From Phallusia mammillata (lineage: Eukaryota), in assembly GCA_965637545.1 (NCBI GenBank), contig OZ281496.1:29388001-29452000 (forward strand): a stretch of DNA of 64,000 bases, given 5' to 3'. A program made the translations under genes and the position numbers. A model generated the notes under the pieces. That model saw only the letters and a program-made list of their open reading frames with translations, did no database searches and was not told the DNA's origin. How positions within the stretch are numbered: position 1 is the first letter of the stretch; every line of letters starts with the position of its first letter. Shown one piece after another: positions 36,040 to 48,900 of this stretch.

Positions 36040-37830
36040 CGGGCATCACGGGACTAGCCAAGGTGACTTTGCGCGTGCTGAGCAGCTTTAAAGACACGTC
36101 TTAAAACGGAATTTTACAAGTAACACTAATTTTTTTCTCCCGGGTTTGCTAATAACCAATTTCTTGGGTTTGCAATGCTGCGGTTAAGAGTATAAATTTC
36201 CAATCCAATTTAACATTTACGCGCCTGGGGGCGGGTGATCGCATTTTTGCAATTTACAGCTTACTTCATTGGTTTTTATAAGACGAGAGGTTACGTCCAA
36301 AAATATTTACAGCTAAGCGTAAAACGTATCAAGCACGCAACACAACAGAGACCCATTTTATACATTAACGTTAATACGTAAAGTGACATTACAGATAAAC
36401 TTTTTTTAATAAATCTACTGTTTCCACTCATGCCAGGTCATGGTTGTTTCGCTAATTTTCGATAAACAAGTATCGTTAGATAACGACAGCATTCATGATA
36501 AGCGCAGCCCAAATTTTGCAAGTCATTCCTGTGCGAGCCGGCCGCCATCTTGAAAACAAGCTATCGTTTCTCCCAGCGAAAAAAAAAGCACCGCTTAGCA
36601 ACCAGCAGGTAAAACTGAAAACCACATTTCACGAGCTGTGCATTGGAGAAAGTCAGAATAAGAAAAGAAATTCCTTCCACAACTACAAATTATTGGTCCA
36701 ATAGTTTTTCTAGTGGGACAATAACCAGAAAAACACACAAATATTTTCTTAGTACATCGTTTCACATTCACAAACCACACATTCCACATGCAAAGGGCAG
36801 GTTTCACACATTTTATGCAAAGCAAAATATGCTCTGTGGATTTTCAAAAATGTCATCGAAAATTGCAATCAAAGGGCTGTTTTAAATGAGTCGTCCATTG
36901 TGACGAATTACAGGATAACCTAGGATTTCGTCAACTTTTCATAGTTACCTGAATTGTGAAAAGTTTCGACAGACTCAAAATTGGAAATGTTGATCAAAGA
37001 CGAATTCGATGTAGGAAAAATTTCGCTCTCTGTAAAATGGTCAGATTGAGCAAAAAGTCCCACCAACTTACCGCCATGACACACAATTATATTGTTAAAA
37101 GTTGTTTTTTAAACTTACCACCGTTTTTAAGGTTGGAGAAAATTGTTTTCTTTCCTGTACGCCTTGTTGAATCCAAGTTTCACGCAGAAATTCCGACTTT
37201 TAGCTTCACTCTTCAACAGCAAGCAAGGCCACTAACTCTAATTGAGCTAGCAACCAGTAAAAACAAAACTTATTTCGATCTCGACGCTTGTCGAAGACCG
37301 ATACTAACGAAAACGCTTGTAAGTTATCCAGCGATTCTAATGCACTTGCCTTTAGACAAGAATATAGCGCGCTCTTTCCGTAGCTTGTTGTAAGACTTCT
37401 GTCAAATGTCGATGTGATATTGCGCCACGGTTGCGCAACAGTTTTAGCCTGTCACACGGGTGTTCCCCGGCATTTTCCGGCGTCGCCATTGGATGCCGTA
37501 ATCACGTGGGTCGACCGGCCTATAGGAAGTGAGCAAACTGAAACTCCCCCAAGCGTAACTCGGTCAACACGGTCGTGAGGGCAACCGATCTTTACACAGC
37601 CAGACATAAGTTCTAAATTCGGATATTCCGTGCAATGAAAATTGACGCCGCATTTGATGACGAAATACGATATATGCTGTCCTCACAATACAGGCAAACA
37701 TGGATGTGGTCTACTTATCATTAGCTCTTCAATAGTACATCAAAAATGCCCAAACCTTCTTAGTATTTTCGATTTTTACTCAATACATTTAATCAATTCA
37801 AAACACTTCAACTATACCAACAGTTTAACC

Positions 37831-38182
37831 CAGTGGTTCTCAACCTTTCGTGGACCGTGGCCCCTTTAAAGTAACGTTTTGGCCTCGTGGCCCCCTTCAA
37901 TTAACCATGTAGGTCCTGTGGCCCCCTTAAATTGTAGATAACAATCTCATGTTGGAATGCGGTATTAATTTTGACCTTAAACAGGTCTAATAGAGCAACC
38001 AAGCGTGATAAAACTCACTATAAACAAATAGTATGTGAAATAGTCGATTAAATTCGGGAATAAAGTTATAAAGAAGTGAAAATGACTTTTAGTGGGTATT
38101 TCTTGTGAATCTACGCCCGTGGCCCCCCAGAACACAGCTTGTGACCCCCTTGGGGGTCATGGGCCCTGGCTAAAAACCACTG
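37831..38182. mobile_element. 352-bp hAT (Charlie-like) MITE
   Basis: TIR CAGTGGTTCTCAA / TAAAAACCACTG; perfect TSD GTTTAACC (37823-37830, 38183-38190); repeated GTGGCCCC subterminal motifs. Confidence 0.9.
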
Positions 38183-38738
38183 GTTTAACCCCACAAGAAA
38201 TGAGGTGGATTTAAGTGATATAACATTAGATTTTTAACATGAGTTCATTAAATAAAAAAATGTGGTCCAAACTTGTGTGTGACACTGCAAAAAAATATAT
38301 ATTGTTTTCCTGCGTGAAAAGGGCAGCTGATCATAAACTTTATTGGTAATGCTTTCTTTTGGTGACACTGACAAAATCTTATGCAATTCGACAAAATAAC
38401 ATGCTTTCTTATGTGTGTATTTCTATTTGTGTATGCACTGATATAACTTTAGCACAATTGTGCACCAGTACACCAGTTTAGTTTGAACAATAACAATATA
38501 CTTTCAACTACAAGCAGCAGTTATTAATTAAAAATACAAAACATCAGCTAATAATTGCACAAGATTGTCATACTCTAAAACAAAAATTCAAGTACCAACG
38601 TAAGTATTCTAAAAAAGAAACATGTGGGGAAACTGCATTTGTCATGTTGAAAATGATGTTTTGAGCTTAAACAGCAACATAAATACAATAAAATTTCATA
38701 ACACTAACATGTGATGCTGAACAAATTTGCTGTGTAAA

Positions 38739-39689
38739 TTATACTTCGATATTGGGGTTAGATGGTTTTCCAAGCTTTATTAATTTGTCTTCCTGTTTCA
38801 TTTTTGCTTTTTCAGTTCTTGTGTGCCACACTAGAATGTCAGTGCATTGATTCGCTTTGGCTTCCATGTCATTAATTGTCAAATGAAGGCCAGTTAAAAA
38901 ATGGGACTCCAAGTATCCTCTGGGTGTTGCATTTGAAAACCCAGCCTCTTTGTACTGAAACAACAGCTTAATGTTGACTGCAAATCCTGCCATGTCAATC
39001 GGAAATGGCCTTTCAGGTTTCCAGGCAGTGTACCAAGAGAGTACTTTTCCATCCTTACAAAAGCCAGGTCCCTCAAATTTTAAGCCGCCACTTAATCCAA
39101 CTGGCCATGCAGATGCCATTTGGGTAGTGCTAATTTCTTTAAATAGTTGTAAATCATATGTATTGTCATCATCCATAAAATAAAGATAACCCTCTGTTTG
39201 TGGTGAAATATTATTTCGAATCCATGTTAGGCCTGTGTTTCTTTGAGCAACACCTCTTGGCATTAACCAATTCGGGTCACTGTCTTTTAACTTAAAGTTT
39301 TGATCAGTTTTGGCATTAAGGTGTGTATATTTTAAGCCACAGTTGGACAAAAACTTTGTCACCAACAGAGTTTTGCGGTCAGCATCTTCTACAACAATCC
39401 AATGAAAGTTTTTTACATGCAATAATGTTTGAGACAATCTTGTTAGATCCGCTTTCTGAGTCCATCTTGCATATGTTGGTGTTATAGCATAGATTGTAGG
39501 AAGAAGCTCCTCATTTACAGACTTTTCATTTTCCCCATCAATGATATCTTGCAAGTAGCTGACTTCTTTCTTTAACTTTTTAATTTGCTTCTCATTGTCA
39601 CATGTTAGAGTAAGAATGCAGTAAACAAGCAAAACAACCAGATTTAAAGTTAATAAAAGTCGTAAACTATAAATAGGAATTACCTTCAT
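38739..39689 (-). CDS. B3GAT: Galactosylgalactosylxylosylprotein 3-beta-glucuronosyltransferase (GT43, B3GAT1/2/3 family), 316 aa, single coding exon
   Basis: ATG 39689, N-terminal TM anchor, ITPTYARWTQKADLTRLSQTLLHV..HWIVVED, RGVAQRN, YFMDDDNTY, WPVG, RPFPIDMAGFAV, LVWHTRTEK. Leader acceptor at 39712-39713. Confidence 0.95.
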   Translation of the reverse strand: MKVIPIYSLRLLLTLNLVVLLVYCILTLTCDNEKQIKKLKKEVSYLQDIIDGENEKSVNEELLPTIYAITPTYARWTQKADLTRLSQTLLHVKNFHWIVVEDADRKTLLVTKFLSNCGLKYTHLNAKTDQNFKLKDSDPNWLMPRGVAQRNTGLTWIRNNISPQTEGYLYFMDDDNTYDLQLFKEISTTQMASAWPVGLSGGLKFEGPGFCKDGKVLSWYTAWKPERPFPIDMAGFAVNIKLLFQYKEAGFSNATPRGYLESHFLTGLHLTINDMEAKANQCTDILVWHTRTEKAKMKQEDKLIKLGKPSNPNIEV

Positions 39690-40441
39690 AACAGTACAAA
39701 AAACATAACTTCTGCAAACAGAAAACAGAACTGCCAAATATATTTTTCATACCATGCAATCACTCTTGTGAATAATAAATTGCATGTTACCTACACAACA
39801 AAAAATAATGGCTCACTAACGAGCCAATTTGGCATATATTACTACATACTGGCTCAATGTTCCAACATTGTGCTCATTTTGCATATTGACTTATTTCATA
39901 TTGGCTAATTTCAAATGGCCATAATATCTAAGACAGGCTTAGGTAGATCCAGCAGCATCCTTTTTGGCTAATCTTGCGTCAAAATTGTCCATTTTGTGTA
40001 GGATGACTAGAGAATAGAGATCATATTTACAGTTTGTCAGTTTATATCCATTTTAAAACATGTCTGAATATCGAAGGTAAATAGTTCTACTTTTACCATT
40101 TTTGCATATTGTAGTGAAGCTTGATGTAAGAACTCCACATGATAGACATAACTTGAATCAAACCCACAGTTCAAGAACAGCACCAACTATAAGCATTAAT
40201 AACACATTGAAAAGTAACACTTTTTATAAAAAAATTCTTGAAAATAGTCTTGAATTTTACAAAACAATTTAAAAGGCAGTTGATTCTTACCAATGTTTAA
40301 TTAACCACAAAAATCTAAAAAATATTTTCCAGGTTTACAAGATTCTGACCTGAAACAAACATTTCAAAATTTTGTTTTCATTTTTTAATTGCCAGCTGGT
40401 AGTACCGGCATAGAAATCATACTTTTCATTGATGCCTTTTG

Positions 40442-40475
40442 TTACGTCAGAGCTCTGGTGACGTCACTTGCGCAA
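40442..40475. promoter_or_regulatory. Core of the B3GAT/ABHD10 bidirectional promoter
   Basis: TTACGTCA (40442-40449), TGACGTCA (40459-40466) and the C/EBP palindrome TTGCGCAA (40468-40475), lying between the two divergent genes. Confidence 0.5.
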
Positions 40476-40883
40476 ACGTATTTGCAACATGATCCAGCGC
40501 CTTTTTAGTCAGTTTACCTTGTCAGTTAAAACTTTACATCATGTTTTTTTTAAAACAATCCAAATGAAGAAAACGCAAAATTAATAAAACCAACAACTAT
40601 CAAAGAGCGAAAATTAATGTGTTAAAATAGGGAAATTTCCCATTTAACATGTGTTACTTTTGATTTTTATGTTTCAATTTTTGCGCGCAGAAATGAAATA
40701 AAGGACGTTTTTATAATATTACCAACGCTTTAAATATTCTGCATCAACGTTTAAATAAAATATATTATTTGTTTTGTTTTTTCATTCCAATATTTTGTTA
40801 ACTAGCTGGGCTAAAACAAACTGTCAGGTTAAGCGAGAAAAGCCGTTAATGATAAATGTTTGTTGATTTGCAGATCTGACAAA

Positions 40884-42932
40884 ATGACAAGTTTTTTGCG
40901 TCGCGTAGGCAAATCTACTCTTGGATATAGCTGCATTGGTGGCACAAAATCTCCTGGTGTGATGTTTATTCCAGGTTTTATGTCAAAGATGAATGGAAAA
41001 AAGGCACTTGCCTTGGAAGAATGGTGCAGGTATTGTATAATTTTATGTGATTAAAATTGTGATTCAAATGACATTAGCTATGAGTTTGCATGTTTTTTTA
41101 TTTTGCTTTTGTATTAAATTTCCTCACTGATTGAGTTGTTTAACCTAGCGAGTGACTAATATATGAAAAAGTGTGTCTAAAATTTGTATGCCGAATGACC
41201 ACTTTATCTTTTTTACCTGAGGACCACCAAACACAATGCTACTCTAACAGGCTACATAAACACAACAAAAACAATAAATTTATGTTTTGTGTGAAACTGT
41301 TTTGTGTAAAAACCTCATTCAATTATAAATCCAACAATATGTTTAAAAATTATTTTGTGACATGAAAAACCAAGTAGCATGGTTAAAAACACTTGCCTAG
41401 TTATTTTGTGGGTCACTAGATGGCGATGTTAGGTCACTGTAGGACTGTGCTCTTAGTGATGTTTCACAACACAACATAGGAACTCATATCTTCCACCCAC
41501 ATACAGTGCCGGAATAAGGGTCTGCTGGCCTGTAGGCACATTTTATAAGTGGCCCCAAAATCAGGGTTGCCAACTAAAAAATTAGAATGATCAGTGTTGC
41601 CAAATCATTGTCACAATCACAAAGATCGTTGTTGTAAAGTGGCCTGGATTTTTGACTAACCTGTAGGCACGTGCCTACTTTGCCTAATGGTTAATCCAGC
41701 ACTGCCCAATATAGGAACGGAATATGTGTTTTGGTTATAGTCACTAAAACATTATGGAATGATATTGAACTATTAAACTTGAATCACGTGTGAAAATAAG
41801 TGAACTTATTTTAAAATCAACCCAGTAATATTTCAGATTTTTTGTCAACCTTTTGCACCTGATGTTTAATGATTTTGCACAAAGTCAACATATTTTGAAT
41901 AAAGTTATCCTGTTAGTAGAAAAGTTGTGTAAACTGTTTTTTACTATGATCTGCATTTTTGCACACTCACATTGTAGAACATGTTTAAAGGAGTGACAAC
42001 AGACCCTTTGTCCGGTTTGACTACACTGGAATAGGAGCATCTGAGGGCAAAATTGTAAGATTTTCTGACTGGATAGAAGATGCATGTGATGTATTTGCAC
42101 AGCTTACAAAAGGACCTCAGGTAAATTCAAATACATATTTTTTATTAGCAGCTTTACAGCATGGTGCATTACATCTAAACATGGATATGGTATTTACTAT
42201 TGTCGAGCCATAGTTTTCAAAAACATATAGCTTGGAGTAGGAAGTGTTATACTTATATAAAACATTTTGGATCTCATTTCAAATCTGTAACTTCAATACA
42301 TACACACCAAAAAATCATGCAGAATACTATATTTTTTCATAAATACCCTTACAGTTTGTGACACAATCAACGTACATACAAGTTTTAAATCAGAAAATTC
42401 TGAACAAACATCACTTAAATTAAAATTTTCAAACAAATCACTTATGTCAAGTAATATTCCTATTCTCATACTTTAGATTGTGGTGGGTTCCAGCATGGGT
42501 GGTTATATGATGCTACAAGTGGCAAAACGTTTTCCAGAGCGTGTGGCTGGCATGATAGGGGCGGCCCCATCTTTCTTCAAAACAGTTAACCAGCTTAAAA
42601 TGCAAAACGGTCCATATGCTTTGTCGTCACATTATGCACAAGATGGCGCATATGAGCTACCGGCCACTTTTAATGACGGTATTTCTGATTTTGATCTCTT
42701 TCCAACTGCCGACGCTGTTTATACGTTACGCTGTAAGTTATATATTCTGCATGGAATGCTTGACGATTCTGTCCCATATACTGACTCGCTTAAATTTGTG
42801 CAATCTTGTATTGGCAAACCAGAACACGAAGTCAACCTGGTATTAAGTAAACTTGGTGAGCATCGGCTTTCAGAGGATGCTGATATTAGTTTGTTGCTTG
42901 AATTGTTACAACGTATGGTTCGTCAAAGCTAG
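40884..42932 (+). CDS. ABHD10: Alpha/beta hydrolase domain protein 10 (serine hydrolase/depalmitoylase family), 243 aa from ATG 40884
   Basis: Exons 40884-41029, 41991-42120, 42477-42932 in frame. PGVMFIPGFMSKMNGKKALALEEWC, VRFDYTGIGASEG, GPQIVVGSSMGG (nucleophile), HGMLDDSVP (Asp), GEHRLS (His). A possible extra micro-exon 40489-40520 could add a targeting peptide. Confidence 0.9.
41504..41704. mobile_element. 201-bp hAT-like MITE in an ABHD10 intron
   Basis: TIR CAGTGCCGGAATAA / TTAATCCAGCACTG (2 mismatches); flanks CCCACATA and CCCA-ATA form a near-TSD; internal GTAGGCAC repeats. Confidence 0.7.
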
Positions 42933-45900
42933 ATAATCTTTTGTAGTTCATTCTAATTAGGGAAATGCCATTTGAAGGCTGTTTAAATTATAATTGTTTG
43001 AAGTCGTGATTTTTCCACGCAAAACTGTGATTTTTGTTACCGCTTGGTGGCGGCAGATAGTTTAATTTTGCTACTTGTGCATGGCTTGAATACATTGAAA
43101 AAAGATTATGTGGATGTAAATGAATATCGGTGCGTTACCGTATTTTTTATGTGACTTTTACTAACAAATCATGAAAAAGTTTGCACAACTACCCTTTGCA
43201 CTGACAATTAATTCTTGTGCATGACGTTGGCAAATTTTGCTTTTAATTTCTTCTCAAATGCATGGCTTAAGCCAAAGATGTGTGCGGCAAAATCAAAATT
43301 TTTACGAACAAAAATTAAAAATACGAACAAAAATTTTTTTTATGGTGACATTGTGTACTTTGGCTTCATGCAGCCGTCAGTAAGTTTAAGTATCCAACTA
43401 ATAAATAGCTTCATTTAGAGTTGAATATTTCGCTTTCCGTGTCTTAAATTGTAACAGACTTTCCGAAAAAGCAATTCACAAAATTAATTAAGACGTACCA
43501 GGCTGGTCGGGGTAGACATGAGCCACTGTCCAAAATCTGATTGTTAAATTCCCTATAATCCCCTGTTTAAACAATCGTGTGTATTGCTTGCGACTAGGGA
43601 GCTAAACCATGTGTGGTAAGCAGAGGCAAATCTGCGTCGCGTGCCGGTGGTCTGTAGTGTTGATTCAGCGTTTTCTAATACCCCGTATTCGTGCGCTGGA
43701 CGACTGCGATATTTGGATAACCCAATGCAATACACTGGTATAGGGTTCGTATATTTGAGATGCGAAATACACAGATTGCGATGGTTTATAAAGAATAAGC
43801 CCTAATAACTTAACAAGTCTTAATTTTGTTTCAATAATCATTCCATGGCTGTGCATATGTCTTGAATTTGTTTTTTCTGGTGTGGTACATTTTTTACATA
43901 AAAATCGTTGTTGGAAATGTTGTCATATACCAGCATAATTTAGAAGCCCTGGTATAGTACATATAATTGTAGTTGGGTCGCCTTTAATTAGGTAAACAAA
44001 ACCAAATGTTTTTTACACTATACCCTACGTATAACCTTATTTATAACTGTCTCGAGGAATCGGGTTATATGTATTTGTAAGGTTGGGACCATATTCATTG
44101 TGTTTGTTGGCCACTTGGCGGGGAAAAATCACTCTGACCAGTTTGACTTATACGCCAAAATTTCCTTTTGCGACATATGGACTGAACAGAATGCGCAATG
44201 CTTGGGCGTCCCAATCGTTTTTGTCTGTCTGCCGCTAATATACTCCTGCAGTTAAATCTGATTTTCTTCCACCCAAATCGAATTTTACTCTGCGCTCACG
44301 GGCCTTCTGTCTTCAGTAGAACCTTTCTCGGCCCTGTGATGTAGCACCTACAAGACTTTGTCGCTAATTTTCGTTTTGTAACCGACGCTTTAATTGAAGT
44401 TCCCTGTTTTACCCCGGTTAATTACATTACACTATGAGCAACTTGTAAGACCTGCGCTATATAGGACAAGGGCGCATGTATGACGTCAGCAGTATTGTTT
44501 GGTCATCGACCTTGCGTGGCGATGACGTCAGCGTGTTAGCTAGAACCTTTGACCTTTAGTGACCTCTGTGGATTCACCAAGTTTCATTTTAGCTATTGTA
44601 TCACACATTACATGTTGCATTCCATAAACATTCGTCCATTTTGTAACAGTTGTTTTAAGAATATCAGCTACTGTACTGACTTAGAAAAAGGAAATGGTTG
44701 CGGAACCTTCGGTGTTAAAATTACGCCAATAGCAAAAAAGTGAGGCGCAATGTTGATTTTTGCCTAATTTATGAGTCTGGCTGCTTCAAAAAAGCAACCA
44801 CGCACGACTTGGCTCATCCAGTGCATATTGTCAACATCGACATACTGTCCATGTCATTTGATTCATATTAACCCGATGTTTGTCGAAAAAACAGTCAAAA
44901 CGGCGGACGCAGCAGAAAATTCCGCGTGGCATTGGCTTAATTAATACGCGCAACGCCGCATTTCTGCCCCTTGATCGCCCGTTTTCCAACCAGTCACAAT
45001 TTTCCGCTTTTCCTAAACCGCGTGTGCCGTTCTATACACTGTAACAAGGCTGTTGTTTTGCCGTCCCACCAGGTCGTACGGCGCGTATGTGCATGCGAAG
45101 ACAGTGGTTGCAGAGATTTATCCGGCGACTGCATGCGACATATGGGACCTTATCTACGACTCAAGCGAACACATTAATAATAGATGAATATTATCGACAC
45201 GGCCGCCCAGCCTGAACCGAACGGGCGAACCCGCAATCTCATCTGTATGTCGATGTATATGCTTTGCTGTTATTATCTCTTTCCGAACTTCGATTCTGTC
45301 ATGTTTGTCACGTTTGGCAACTGTAACGTGATGCAATCTGTAGCCTACATTTGAGGCCATGCAATGCTTTTGCGAAATGAGGACTGCTGCGTTATGTAGT
45401 GCCGAACGATTTTAACTACATTTTAGCCCAATTTCATAAAACACCACAAAAGTGTACAAATCGACAATTGAATGACTTACAAAAAAAGCTCAAAGCCATC
45501 GTTTATTATACGATGAAGGCGATTTTAAACACCACATAGTCAGTTACGAGGCCATTCATAGGAAAAAATCTTGCGGTAGTTTTGACCTTGCCGACTGGTT
45601 TTTAAAAGGCAGGTCGTCAAATTATGAACAATACAAAGCATGCCCGGTTTCATCAATCAAACGCAGTGCCGCGTCTTTAACCTCCACCTCATGTAGTGTT
45701 CTATTTACCCGGGGCATCAGGCTGAAAGCAAACCACGTCAAATCCTATTTTTCAACATAACCCTACGATTGTCAGAGCTGGGTTCACCACTAGGCCAGTG
45801 CGATATGATTGACAGGATTTCGAGTGAGTCTCCAAATCCCCCGTTGGGCATCTAACCGAACCCTAGTGCTCATGACCAACACTAGAAATCTTAAATTTTT

Positions 45901-48900
45901 CACCGCGGTGCTATGATACATCGTCCCGGGCGAGGCTTTGATGACTACGAGTATCTGACGTCATCCTGGTGAGTGGCCAGTGAAACTGCGTTGTGCGGAA
46001 ATAAAGGAATTAGAAATTGTTAGAGGGATGACACCGATTGAGGCGACCTGCTGCGAAGGCACCGGGCATCTATTGTTTAGTGACAGTTCGTAATGCGCTT
46101 TGGCTCCAAGATGCTGCCAGCCTGCGGAGTGTTTACCTACTGTTGCACGCGAACAAAACGTTGCCCAAAAGTCGTGGAATATTTTAGGTTCAGTTCCCTT
46201 AGTTCTTTTGAAAAATCTTAACATACTGAAATTTTGTCATAAACATAAATAATAGATGAATATACGCTAGTGTAGCATTTTTTGTTGATATCAAGCAGAG
46301 GTATTTACACAATTACCAAGTTTAACAAAATCGATAAAAAAGAAATGCAGCATGAATAAAACAGCAAAAACTGTTAAACCCGGTCCCAACAAAAATAAAA
46401 GCAAAAAATATTAAATTGTACTTAATAAGGATCATTTTTCAAAACGAAAAGCAGAATATCAGCAAGGTCAAATGGAAGAAACATTGGCGTAAATTGTTAA
46501 AAACTTGCCCTGTGCACCAACCGGCGATCAGCATTGGAATGCGCCATGGCATTTGGCCTCGATGTCCACTCTGTAAATGTAAACATTAGCCAAGGTTCGA
46601 GGCATAACGGATGTATGGGGATTAGCTACGCTGAAATCCGACAACACAACACCCATCGTTGATGGTTTGCTTTCAGGCTTGGTACACTTGCCATAATTAA
46701 TGCGGCTCGGCACAACTGTTCATCCGCCCTACAACGTTACTTAGCGGGATGCTAGTTGACTTGATGCCTGCTCCGTCCGCTGGTTAAGCTCGGACGATAT
46801 TGTTTCTGCAACTATTGGTGAAAGTTAAATCAATAAATGCAAAGTTGTGATCAATATTGTGTTTACTGATTTTTCTCGTGCCGGTTTTGTGGAAATCAGT
46901 GTTTTTAACCGCACAAATCTAATCAATTTTATTAGCCGAGCAAATGTCACAAAAAATCCTCAACATTAAAGGCGTTTCTTTATTGTATAAATAGCTGAAG
47001 GTCAAGCGTGCATTATGGGCTAAAGTTTATCACCGGAAACATACAGTAAATGGCAAAAATTAATTTAAAACACAAACCGACCAAAAGATCACGTGGCATT
47101 TTAAAATAAAGCAGAAAATATGTTTAATGCAACTTGTTTAGGCCTTTATAATGTAGACACCAAGGGTGCCACGTGTCAGACATGTCACTGGCCTGGCAGC
47201 TGCCACAAAGCAACTGGCACCAAACGCCGCTCACCTGTCAGTAAGTCAACCGAGTTTACAATGCACGTTATAAAATATACACATACATATATGGACGGAC
47301 GTATATCTCATCGCAGCGACAAAGGAAGTTGTCTCAGGCCAACAGGAAAAGCATTTCTTCGGCCGTAAACAATTACCACTGGCGCCCGCACAGATCCCAC
47401 CACCGACGGGCAAACTTAGGAGAAAACAAGACGTGGTTATGAGTGCGCGCATGGAGTTAATAACCTACCCTGGGGGACACACGAAGTCAGGATGTTGCAT
47501 TCAACGAGTGTCCCTTGGCGCCTGGTTCTGTGCAGAGGCGGAGTCCTTTAATGAGGAGCCAGCGAAAATCTCGGGCCTTCATAGAAGCATTACTCCGACG
47601 CAATTTTGATAATGATGCTTGCGAGGCCGTTTGGGACTTTTCCTCGCATTCGTGCTTTTTGATTTCTCGACCTCTGGGACAATTGTACGTGTTGTTGTTT
47701 GTATTGTGCGCCCAATCATCGCTCATCACAGAAATCCACATTTCCTGGCCGACTCAGCAACCATTTTGTACATTGAAACACATGTTGCTTTATTGTTATG
47801 CGGATTGGAAACAATCAGCGTTTATAGAGGGTACCACGTGTTTTGTGGTCGGTTTCGAACCCGTGTCGAAAAACTTCTAAAAGACAACCAACCGATTTGT
47901 GCTAAAATATGACTTTTTTCGTTTTTTTTTCTGCTCGGTCAACTTTTATTTGTAGATTAGGTACTTCTTATTTCTAACTCAATGCGTTGTTGTTTGGTCC
48001 CCTTAATTAATCTCTGTCAAATTTAGCTTCTTATGACCGAAATGTGCGAAAAAATCGTTCCATTGCCCAATTATTGTGAAACAATTACTTACCGAAAAAA
48101 AGTGAACATGAGATACCGAAGACATCAATTAATTACAATTTCAGGTGCAACAAAAAAATATATTTTGCTATGCTGTGGAGTTTGATTTTATCAGGAAACC
48201 CGTGTCGCTAATCAGAGTTCAAATCTTTTGTGTAAATCCTTCTTCTTTCTTGGGTCTAATATGCGATGTACCTGGGGTGCTTTCAAATGGAACAAATAAG
48301 TTTTTCAATGCCAAAAACACAAATGGCTACATATGCACCCGATCTGTCTTCCATAATCGATAAGCGCTCTTTAGAACATGATGTATGCATTTGTGTCTGT
48401 GCGCCGCGAGAACGACACCAAAATTTACGATTCCCTCAAAACTTGTACGCCAGATCGGGCCAAACGAAAAGAACATGCTGCTCAACGTCGTTAATTCTTG
48501 TGTCGTCTTTTCCCTGACAGAAGACGCTAGCTCATTCCCCATCTGTTGTGGCTGACTTCGCTGGGCCGTGCATACGGGGTGTGGGACGCAAATTATGCTC
48601 CTCTATTGTTCGTCGCTTTGTCGCCAGCCATTGTCCCATCACTATCTCTGATCGCGCTGCGGGAACCCTCTCTCCGCGCGCGTCTACGAGCTGCTGTTGC
48701 AGTTAGGCCACGCGCTCGCTTGCTTCTTGCTTTGAACGCGCGTGTCCTACAATTAGTAGCAACAATAGTGCGTTCCTTGATGTGGAAAAGTTGAACAACA
48801 CGGGTAGCAATTAGTAACAATCGCTTTAAACAAATATTGGCTGATGTACTTGTTTGTTTTTCACCTGTTTCCGATTTTAGGAGCATCTGGCGTTAAATGA

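Noticed and set aside
47851-47904. tRNA-like A box (TAGCACAAATCGG) and B box (GGTTCGAAACC) on the minus strand at tRNA spacing
   Set aside because: No acceptor stem, anticodon arm or full T stem can be formed and there is no second copy; at most a decayed SINE head.
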